Shown: positions 9,157 through 16,627 of the stretch, piece by piece
Layout: each line of letters begins with the position of its first letter
Position numbering within the stretch: the first letter of the stretch is position 1
Assembly (NCBI GenBank): GCA_005882775.1
Contig: VBDY01000129.1
Coordinates: 1 to 59,319 of the forward strand
DNA length: 59,319 nt
From: Chloroflexota bacterium
GTDB taxonomy: Bacteria; Chloroflexota; Dormibacteria; CF-121
Direction of reading: 5' to 3'
Program-made: the position numbers and the translations under genes
Notes under the pieces: model-generated
What the model was told of the DNA's origin: nothing
Databases searched by the model: none
Seen by the model: the letters and a program-made list of their open reading frames with translations, nothing else

Positions 9157-10155
9157 ATGGCCATCGAGACCCCCAAGCAGACAGACCTGAAACGGGTCTT
9201 CGACCAGCACCCGGAGCGTCGCTACATCATGTTCGGGGGCAAGGGCGGGCTGGGCAAGACCACCTTCTCGGCCGCGACCGCCTATTGGTTGGCCCGCAGC
9301 GGCAAGCGGGTGCTGGTCTTCTCGGTCGACCCCCAGGCCAGCCTTTCCGACATCTTCCAGCGGGACATCTTCGGCAAGGGCCCGGTCCAGATCATGGAAA
9401 ACCTCTTCGCCCAGGAGATCGATGCCGACTCCCACATCAAGGCATACCAGCAGGAGATCCGCCAGAAGATCCTCGATATGTATGGCCTCACCGAGGTTCC
9501 GGAAGAGGTCGAGAACTACATCCAGGCGGCCAGCGCCGAGCCGGCCATGGAGGAGAGCGCCATTTTCGACGCGGTGGTCGACATCGTGGTCAAGGGCGAC
9601 TACGACTACTACATATACGACCTGGTCCCGCTAGGTCACGCGCTCTACTACCTGTCGATGGCCAAGGTCTACGACGAGTGGATCAACAAGATCACCCACC
9701 TGCGCGAGCAGATGCGGGAGTACGAGCAGGTGGCCAGCGTGATGAAGCGGCAGAAGGTGACCGAGGAGGACCAGATCCTGGCCGAGCTCCAGTACATCAA
9801 GAAGCGGATCAACACGTCCTCCCGGATCCTGACCGACCGGGTCAAGACCGCCTTCTTCTTCGTGGTCGTGCCCGAGGAGATGATCATCCTCGATACCCGC
9901 AAGGCGGCCGAGCTGTTCGCCCGCTTCGACGTTCCGCTCTCGGGATATGTGGTCAACCGGGTGCTCCCCGAGGAGCTGTCCGGCCAGAACGTGCCCGAAT
10001 ACCTGAAGAAGCGGATCACCATGCAGAAGCGCTACATGGGCGATATCCAGAGGACGCTGGGCAAGGATGTGCTCGCCTACGTGCCCGAGCTGGAGCGCGA
10101 TGTCACCGGGCTCGAGGCGATCGAGCGGCTCGCCACCATCATGTACGGCCAATGA
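9157..10155 (+). CDS. ArsA/TRC40/Get3 family ATPase 1
   Basis: GGKGGLGKTT deviant Walker A, SVDPQASL switch I, YDLVPLGH switch II, VVNRV. Confidence 0.9.
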   Translation: MAIETPKQTDLKRVFDQHPERRYIMFGGKGGLGKTTFSAATAYWLARSGKRVLVFSVDPQASLSDIFQRDIFGKGPVQIMENLFAQEIDADSHIKAYQQEIRQKILDMYGLTEVPEEVENYIQAASAEPAMEESAIFDAVVDIVVKGDYDYYIYDLVPLGHALYYLSMAKVYDEWINKITHLREQMREYEQVASVMKRQKVTEEDQILAELQYIKKRINTSSRILTDRVKTAFFFVVVPEEMIILDTRKAAELFARFDVPLSGYVVNRVLPEELSGQNVPEYLKKRITMQKRYMGDIQRTLGKDVLAYVPELERDVTGLEAIERLATIMYGQ

Positions 10156-11186
10156 GCACGGCCCCGCCGGCCGGCGCGCGTGCCGTGACCGACCCGATGG
10201 CCGGATACCTGGAGACCCATCCCGACCTGAAGTACGTGTTTTTCGGAGGCAAGGGTGGGGTGGGGAAGACGGTGATGGCGGGCGCGACCGCGGTCTGGAC
10301 GGCGGAGAAGGGGCGGCGCACGCTGCTGGCCTCGACCAACCCGGTGCACAGTCTCTCCGGGTTGCTCGGCCAGAACGTGTTCGGCAAGCACACGCCCGTC
10401 AACGGCGTCGCCAACCTGTTCGCCTACGAGATCGACACGAAAGACACGATCGAACGGTCGAAGCGCGAGATCCGGGAGAAGATCCAGTGGTTCCTCAAAT
10501 TCGCCGAGATCAGCACCAAGGCCGACGAGTTCGTCGAGTCGGCCACCATGAACCCGGCCTTCGAAGAGTCGGCCATGTTCGAGAACATGATCGACCTGAT
10601 GTTTCGCAACGAGTACGACGTGTATGTCTTCGACACCGCCCCAACCGCGAACGCTCGCCGGCTCCTGGGGATGAGCAAGGTCTACTCCCTCTGGGTCAAC
10701 AAGATGATGAAGAGCCGCGAGGAAGCGCAGAGCTTGCGCGAGATGCTCTCCTTCACCAAGAAGAAGGAGCAGGACCCACTGATGGACTACCTGGTCGAGT
10801 TCCGAGGCCGGATGGAGCACGCCCGCGAGCTCCTGACCGACGACAAGAAGACGGCATTCTTCTTCGTGACCCTGCCCGAGGCGCTGCCCATCGCCGTCAT
10901 CACCCGCTTCATCAACTGGTTCAGCGAGTTCGGAATCCCGGTCGGCGGGGTGCTGGTCAACATGCGGATCGACCGTTCGGTGGTGACGCCGGAAAGCGCT
11001 GCCTTCGTCCGCAACCGGCTAGCCATGCAGGACGAGCACATGCAGACCATCTGGGAAAAGTTCGACTCCCAGGTGCGGGCGATCGTTCCCCTCTTTGAAG
11101 ACGAGGTGCGCGGGTCCGAAATGCTCCGCCGACTGGCCCGGGAGGTCTTCAGCCCGGCGGAGGCGGCGTCGCGTAACGCAGGGTAG
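10152..11186 (+). CDS. ArsA/TRC40/Get3 family ATPase 2 (switch I Asp replaced by Asn)
   Basis: ATGA overlap with ATPase 1; GGKGGVGKTV, STNPVHSL, FDTAPTAN. Confidence 0.9.
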   Translation: MSTAPPAGARAVTDPMAGYLETHPDLKYVFFGGKGGVGKTVMAGATAVWTAEKGRRTLLASTNPVHSLSGLLGQNVFGKHTPVNGVANLFAYEIDTKDTIERSKREIREKIQWFLKFAEISTKADEFVESATMNPAFEESAMFENMIDLMFRNEYDVYVFDTAPTANARRLLGMSKVYSLWVNKMMKSREEAQSLREMLSFTKKKEQDPLMDYLVEFRGRMEHARELLTDDKKTAFFFVTLPEALPIAVITRFINWFSEFGIPVGGVLVNMRIDRSVVTPESAAFVRNRLAMQDEHMQTIWEKFDSQVRAIVPLFEDEVRGSEMLRRLAREVFSPAEAASRNAG

Positions 11187-11817
11187 CTCGCGAGAGCTGG
11201 TGGACCAGCCGGGCAAAGCCGTCCGGCGAGAGGCTGCTTCGATCGGGAACGTTCATGGCGAGGGTCAGGTGCATCCCCTGGCGCCGGATCGACAGCCGTA
11301 CCAGGTTCTTAGCCTGATCTCCCAGCTCCGAGATCAGGTCATTTGCTAGGCGGCGCGGAAGCTCCCCACCGGCCGACGCCAGGCGGAATGAACTTAGAGG
11401 GCTTTCGGTCCAGCGTTCCTGGGCGGCCGCGTGCCGGGCGTCGCCGGCGAGCACTGAACCCGGCCGGTAGAGCTCGAGACCCCAGATCGGCTGCTGGCGC
11501 AAGCCGAGCTGAAGCAGCACCATGTCGCGGCGCCCGTTGATGCGGTTGATGGCCCAGATCATGGGCACGTCCCAGGACTCGGCCAGGCCGGTCAGAGATC
11601 CCTCCGTGAAGGGCGGCTTGAGCCCCTGGACCTCGAGCCGAAACGAGTGGGTGGTGATCCATTGGATGGCCTGCCTTCCTCCAAGCGGATCGAGCGCGCG
11701 CTTGCACCAGACCGCGAGCGTCCGTCCTCGCCGGCGCATGACCTCGTTGCCGACCAGGTACCAGATAACGAGCAGCGCCCCGAGCGCAACCACCACGCCA
11801 ACCAGGGTTTGCGACAC
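11149..11817 (-). CDS. Hypothetical protein with N-terminal membrane anchor
   Basis: Hydrophobic N-terminus VGVVVALGALLVIWYLV; TAGCCT -10-like box 8 nt upstream. Confidence 0.7.
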   Translation of the reverse strand: MSQTLVGVVVALGALLVIWYLVGNEVMRRRGRTLAVWCKRALDPLGGRQAIQWITTHSFRLEVQGLKPPFTEGSLTGLAESWDVPMIWAINRINGRRDMVLLQLGLRQQPIWGLELYRPGSVLAGDARHAAAQERWTESPLSSFRLASAGGELPRRLANDLISELGDQAKNLVRLSIRRQGMHLTLAMNVPDRSSLSPDGFARLVHQLSRATLRYATPPPPG

Positions 11818-11837
11818 TGGGCCTCAGGCTAAGGCGT

Positions 11838-12518
11838 TTAGCGCGACCGAGTCAGCCGCTCCACCAGCCGGCGCTGCTCCGGGTTGCGCAGCTGCTGGGG
11901 CCGGTCGGTCAGGAAGGCGATGAAGCTCTCCGGGTCGAGCTCGTGCCGCTTACGCCCCTGCGCCAGCTCAACCACGCCGTCTCTTACCCGAGCGGAGACC
12001 GTCTCGCCTTCCTCCTCGGCGGCAAACAGGCCGAAGTCGATTCGCCAGCGAGCCCGAGCCGCTTTAGAGCGCGCCGGTACCGGGAGCTCGATGTCGTCCG
12101 CGTGAATCGCGTACTCGCGCGCCAGGTGCCAGACCTGCAGCCGCAAGGGATACGGACCGACCGAGGTCGGGACCTTTCCCCGAACCCCGATCCGCCCCCA
12201 GGCGCGCCGGACTCGCTTCTGCCGCCGCTCCCACTCCGCCAGGACTTCGGCGGGAGTCAGATGGCGGCGCTGGCGCACGCCATGCTCGTTCCAGGCATTC
12301 AGGCTTCCGGGAAAAGCCAGCTCGCCCAGGGTTTCATCGAGGCAGGCTTCGTTGTAGAGCTCGTCGGTGCAGAGGTGGGCCACCACATCCTTCACGCTCC
12401 AGCCGGCGCAGTGGCTCTTCCGGCGCCAGCCCGCGGGATCAAGACTGTGCAGGTGGCGGCGCAGCCGCCGGATCTCCGCGTCATAGGCTGGAAACGGGTC
12501 GGCCGTCTTCGGATTCAT
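11838..12518 (-). CDS. Maleylpyruvate isomerase family (DinB-like, MDMPI) protein
   Basis: W...S.CAGWSVKDVVAHL and EYAIHADDI; start placed at ATG 12518. Confidence 0.85.
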   Translation of the reverse strand: MNPKTADPFPAYDAEIRRLRRHLHSLDPAGWRRKSHCAGWSVKDVVAHLCTDELYNEACLDETLGELAFPGSLNAWNEHGVRQRRHLTPAEVLAEWERRQKRVRRAWGRIGVRGKVPTSVGPYPLRLQVWHLAREYAIHADDIELPVPARSKAARARWRIDFGLFAAEEEGETVSARVRDGVVELAQGRKRHELDPESFIAFLTDRPQQLRNPEQRRLVERLTRSR

Positions 12519-12534
12519 CGGGTAAGATGCCCCA

Positions 12535-13344
12535 ATCGCTTCCCGGGCATCTAGCGATCCTCTCATCTTCGGCACCTACCTCGCACCCTCCTCGGTAGAG
12601 GCCTATCGCTTCGTGGCGGAACAGGTGGGCACGGTCACCGGCCGGGGCGCCAGGCTGGTGGTCGGCCGGAGCTACGATGAGCTCCTCGACAGCTCTGTCG
12701 ACGTTGCCTTCATCTGTGGCTGGCCCTATGTGCGTCTGGTCGCGCAAAACCCGGGCCGGATCGAGCTGCTGGCGGCGCCCGTCCTCAGCGGCTCGCGATA
12801 CCAGGGGAAGCCGGTCTATTTCTCCGATGTGATCGTGCGCGCCGGCAGCCCGGTCGAGCGATTCGAGGACCTTCGCGGGCACTCCTGGTCCTTCAACGAG
12901 CCCACCTCCTACTCCGGATATCTCGCCACGCTTTACCACCTGGCCAGGATGGGCGAGAGGGGGCCCTTCTTCGGTCGCGCGGTCGCCGCCGGGTCGCACC
13001 AGGAATCGATCCGCAAAGTGGCCAGTGGTGAGGTCGACGCTTCGGCCATCGACTCCCAGGTGCTCGAGCTCGAGCTCCGCCGCCACCCGGAGCTGCGACC
13101 GGAGCTCCGCGTCATTGAGTCGTTCGGGCCGGCGGCAATTCAGCCGGTGGTGGCCAGCGACCGGCTGGACGCCGGGCTGCGTCGCGACATCAAGTCGGCC
13201 ATCCGCGCCGTCTCTGGCGAGCCGCTCAGAGCCTGCCTCTTCGAGTCGTTCGTCAGCGTGGACGATGGCGCCTACGACAGAATGCGACAGGCTGAGCAAC
13301 AGGTGATGGCGGCGCGCTTGACCTTGTCTGCTAACCGACTGTGA
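12535..13344 (+). CDS. PhnD/phosphonate-type substrate-binding protein without signal peptide
   Basis: DVAFICGWPY, YFSDVIVR, NEPTSYSGY, GSHQESI, DASAIDS; frame open back to 12526, start uncertain (ATC 12535 or GTG 12613). Confidence 0.8.
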   Translation: MASRASSDPLIFGTYLAPSSVEAYRFVAEQVGTVTGRGARLVVGRSYDELLDSSVDVAFICGWPYVRLVAQNPGRIELLAAPVLSGSRYQGKPVYFSDVIVRAGSPVERFEDLRGHSWSFNEPTSYSGYLATLYHLARMGERGPFFGRAVAAGSHQESIRKVASGEVDASAIDSQVLELELRRHPELRPELRVIESFGPAAIQPVVASDRLDAGLRRDIKSAIRAVSGEPLRACLFESFVSVDDGAYDRMRQAEQQVMAARLTLSANRL

Positions 13345-13891
13345 TCTGGCCCTCCAACAGAATCTCATGGAAGGTCAGTCCGGAGACAGTCAGGACGACG
13401 GTAGCTCCCGGTCCGCCCGCAGTCACCGAGGCAGTGAACGGTGTGGTTTCCCCGGGCGGCGTGGCTCCAAGCCCGGTCACGGTCGCCGTCCCATTCATGA
13501 CTGCCGTTCGGCCTGTTACGTGCACGGAGGTTACCTTCCCGGTCACATACATAGCGTTGACCTCAAACGTCCCGCTCTCGGCACCTGTGGCTGTAGCTGG
13601 GGCCAGGGCGAGGCACTCGAAAGCTCCTCCCTGTCCGTTAGCGTGAAAGGCGAGAACGGTCGTCACCGGTAGAGGCGCGGCCCCGCCGGTGCCGCCCTCG
13701 ATGATTGTCCTGGCGCCGCCAGACACCTGATGATCACGTTCCTTCGAGGCTCCGGCACTAATTGGTCGCGACGTGGAGCCAACCAGGGCAGCTAACACCA
13801 GTGCAGCCCCCACCCAGAGCCAGAGCCGCCGCCATCCGAGACCACGGTTCAGGGGGCTGACTCGCTGAAAAATCGAACCATTGTCCACCAC
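13331..13891 (-). CDS. Hypothetical exported protein
   Basis: Basic then hydrophobic N-terminus (RRLWLWVGAALVLAALVG); Thr/Gly/Val-rich mature part; SD GAGGAGG. Confidence 0.7.
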   Translation of the reverse strand: MVDNGSIFQRVSPLNRGLGWRRLWLWVGAALVLAALVGSTSRPISAGASKERDHQVSGGARTIIEGGTGGAAPLPVTTVLAFHANGQGGAFECLALAPATATGAESGTFEVNAMYVTGKVTSVHVTGRTAVMNGTATVTGLGATPPGETTPFTASVTAGGPGATVVLTVSGLTFHEILLEGQITVG

Positions 13892-13930
13892 GGGATTTCG
13901 CCTCCTCTATCCAAGGATCATTTCGAGATC

Positions 13931-13960
13931 AGGGGAGATGCCTCGGCAGGCATCTCTCCT
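13931..13960. other. Intergenic 13-bp hairpin
   Basis: AGGGGAGATGCCT-CGGC-AGGCATCTCTCCT between two co-oriented minus-strand genes. Confidence 0.5.
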
Positions 13961-13978
13961 CGCGGTCCGTCGGGAGAG

Positions 13979-14626
13979 CTAGTCGTCCTCGCCGTGCCTG
14001 AGCACGTGGAAGGCTGTGCGGTTCGAGTGGTTCCCAGCGGTTGGCGGGTCGGGGTGGAAGAAGTTAACGAAGTGTCTCGTCGCGTTGAACCCCTCATCCA
14101 TAGAATGCGGGCTGCCCACCGGGAGCATGCAGCTCACGACCAGGACTCCATCGAGCCCGTCGGAGTACGCAATCCGCAGTACGGCCAGTCCTGAGCGCGC
14201 ATCTTCCCGGTTTCCGATGTCGTCATCGGCGGTCGGGGGCAGGCTTCCCGGCGCGGGATGCCAGCTGATCAGCTCGGTCACCCGGTAGGTGTTATTGGTG
14301 CCGCTGCTCGGTCCAACGTCAGTGTTGTCGGTCGACCACTTCCCTCCACCGGTCACCTGGCGGGGGTGCCCGGGCCTGAAGGTTCCACTACCCGTGAGGT
14401 TGAGGGCTGAATCATCCTCTGCCCTGGCGGTCGCCTCCCCGCCGGGTTTGATCTCGGGCGCACCACCAATAATGTTGAGCTCGATCAGATCCCACCTGAT
14501 CCTGCTGCCTCCCCGGTTGCCTTCATCCCCGTTTGCGAACGCAGCAGAAGGAACGCTCAACCCGCCGAGGACGCCCGCGGCTGCAACGCCCTTCAGGATC
14601 TGTCGCCGACTGACTTGGTCTTTCAT
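13979..14626 (-). CDS. Hypothetical Tat-exported protein
   Basis: MKDQVSRRQILKGVAAAGVLGGLSVPSAAFA twin-arginine signal with AFA cleavage site; SD-like GGGAGAAGGGG before ATG 14626. Confidence 0.8.
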   Translation of the reverse strand: MKDQVSRRQILKGVAAAGVLGGLSVPSAAFANGDEGNRGGSRIRWDLIELNIIGGAPEIKPGGEATARAEDDSALNLTGSGTFRPGHPRQVTGGGKWSTDNTDVGPSSGTNNTYRVTELISWHPAPGSLPPTADDDIGNREDARSGLAVLRIAYSDGLDGVLVVSCMLPVGSPHSMDEGFNATRHFVNFFHPDPPTAGNHSNRTAFHVLRHGEDD

Positions 14627-14691
14627 GGCCCCTTCTCCCTTGAAAGAAACGACTCTGCCAGGGGCTCGGCTCACGCCGAGACGTGCTCACC

Positions 14692-14731
14692 CTAAGCGAA
14701 GTTAAGAGGTCGGTCAAGAGGATTTAAGAGG
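14692..14731. promoter_or_regulatory. Tandem direct repeats T(T/C)AAGAGG, candidate transcription factor site
   Basis: TTAAGAGG 14702, TCAAGAGG 14714, TTAAGAGG 14724, degenerate CTAAGCGA 14692, in the divergent intergenic region. Confidence 0.4.
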
Positions 14732-14807
14732 TTGCACATTCCACTTAACCCAAACGGTCACGAGGCCGGTATGGTTGAGCTTGCGCTTGAAATCTCGAGC
14801 CGCCGCC

Positions 14808-14836
14808 TTGACAGTCCCCCGAGTCGGTGCGATCTT
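14808..14836 (+). promoter_or_regulatory. Putative sigma70 promoter of haloperoxidase gene
   Basis: TTGACA-17 nt-GATCTT with TG extension. Confidence 0.4.
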
Positions 14837-14903
14837 TCGGGCGGAGGTGGGGCGTGGCCATGCCTCTCTCTCGATACTGGGCGTGAACTAAGGGAGGAGA
14901 CAG

Positions 14904-16454
14904 ATAACCGGGCGCGAGCCTTTACGCATCACACGGCGAACCGCGCTCAAGTGGGGCGCGCTGGCCGCAGCCTCGCCTGCGATGGGGCGCCTTCCCCTGG
15001 ATGTTTTCGCCTCCGCCCGGGCCGAGTCCCAGCCGGGCGACAGCATCGTCCTGCTCTGGAATGCTGCCATCCTGCAGGGGGTCCGTGAGTCGAAGCTCGG
15101 TCCCCCAATGGTTGCCCGGGCCCTCGCGATCGCCCACACCTGCGTCTTCGACGCTTGGGCCGCCTACGACCGCCGCGCCGTTGGTACCCGCCTGGGCAGC
15201 TCTCTGCGCAGGCCAGCTCGAGAGCACCGGCTTGCCGATCAGAGGACGGCCATCAGCTTTGCCGCATATCGGGCAGCTGTCGATCTCTTCCCGGCTTCCA
15301 GGTCAACCGTCTTCGACCCGCTCATGACCAGCCTGGGTTATGACCCGGGCAACACCACCACCGACGTCAGCACCCCGGCCGGCGTTGGGAACGTGGCCGC
15401 CAACGCCGTCCTCGACTTCCGCCACTCGGACGGCGCGAACCAGCTGGGCGACAACGTCAACGGTTTGCTCGGCGTCCCGTATTCGGACTACACAAGTTAT
15501 CAGCCGCGCAATGACCCTATGGACTTGCGGGGCAGCTTCGACTCATCGACCGTTCACGACGCCAACCTTTGGCAGCCGCTGCGCTACGTTGACACGAGCG
15601 GAAACCTGGTGACGCCGAAATTCGTTGGCGCCCAATGGCACAGGGTGACGCCGTTCGCACTCACCTCTGCCGCCCAGCTACGGTCGCCGAGCGGTCCCGT
15701 AAGATACGGCTCCGAAGCCTACGCAACCCAGGCCCGAGCCTTGCTCGAGGTCAGTGCCGGTCTGACGGACGAGCAGAAGATGATCGCCGAGTACTGGGCT
15801 GACGGGCCTCACTCCGAACTCCCCCCGGGGCACTGGGACATTTTTGCCCAGTTTGTTTCGCGCCGCGACCGGCACGGTGCCCACCAGAACGGGGTCGAAG
15901 CGGACGTCAAGCTTTTCTTCGCGCTCACGAACGCGATTTTCGATGCCAGCATCTGTTGCTGGGACAACAAGCGAGCCTTCGACAGCGTCCGACCGATCAC
16001 CGCGCTGCGCTACCTCTTTCACGGGCAACAGGTGCCTGCCTGGGCGGGGCCGAATCAGGGCGCGCGACTGATCGACGGCGGTGATTGGTTCCCGTATCAG
16101 CCGAGGACATTCCCGACACCGCCCTTCCCCGGATACAGCTCAGGACATAGCACCTTCAGCGCCGCCGGTGCCGAGATCCTGAAGCTTTTCACGCGGAGCG
16201 AGAGATTCGGGGGGTCGGTTTCCTTCCTCGCCGGGAGTTCGAAGGTCGAACCCGGGGCCGTTCCCGCGCAAGACCTGACTCTGCGCTGGGCGACCTTCCG
16301 GGAGGCGGCCGACCAGGCGGGCCTGTCCCGGCGCTATGGCGGGATCCACTTCGAGCAGGACGATCTCGACGCCCGGATCGCAGGGCGGCTCGTTGCCAGG
16401 CAAGTCTGGGCAAGAGCGCTGCGTTATTTCAAAGGAACCGGTCAAGAGGAATAG
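14904..16454 (+). CDS. Vanadium-dependent haloperoxidase family (PAP2 superfamily) protein with Tat signal
   Basis: KRAFDSVRP, PPFPGYSSGHS and SRRYGGIHFEQD motifs; in-frame ITRRTALKWGALAAA upstream of ATG 14982; ATA 14904 follows SD GGGAGGAG. Confidence 0.88.
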   Translation: MTGREPLRITRRTALKWGALAAASPAMGRLPLDVFASARAESQPGDSIVLLWNAAILQGVRESKLGPPMVARALAIAHTCVFDAWAAYDRRAVGTRLGSSLRRPAREHRLADQRTAISFAAYRAAVDLFPASRSTVFDPLMTSLGYDPGNTTTDVSTPAGVGNVAANAVLDFRHSDGANQLGDNVNGLLGVPYSDYTSYQPRNDPMDLRGSFDSSTVHDANLWQPLRYVDTSGNLVTPKFVGAQWHRVTPFALTSAAQLRSPSGPVRYGSEAYATQARALLEVSAGLTDEQKMIAEYWADGPHSELPPGHWDIFAQFVSRRDRHGAHQNGVEADVKLFFALTNAIFDASICCWDNKRAFDSVRPITALRYLFHGQQVPAWAGPNQGARLIDGGDWFPYQPRTFPTPPFPGYSSGHSTFSAAGAEILKLFTRSERFGGSVSFLAGSSKVEPGAVPAQDLTLRWATFREAADQAGLSRRYGGIHFEQDDLDARIAGRLVARQVWARALRYFKGTGQEE

Positions 16455-16627
16455 CCTTCGGGCGCCGGTTCGCCCAATCCTTTCCTGACCTAGAAGACAC
16501 ACATCAGTTCGCCGGACAGCTGTTTGGTTCTTGACAACTCTGCGCGACGGCGCAGCGTCGATTTGTCGCGGTGAGTCGTGGCCGAGGAAGACGCTAACTC
16601 GGCGTTACGGGAAGAGAGGAGAAGGCC

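Noticed and set aside
9157-11186. Arsenic resistance operon
   Set aside because: The ATPases have no cysteines and no arsR, arsB/acr3, arsC or arsD gene is present
7682-11186. Long ORFs 7682..8875 and 9285..11186 as fusion proteins
   Set aside because: Their 5' parts are off-frame shadows of cstA and ATPase 1; real starts are near 8618 and at 10152
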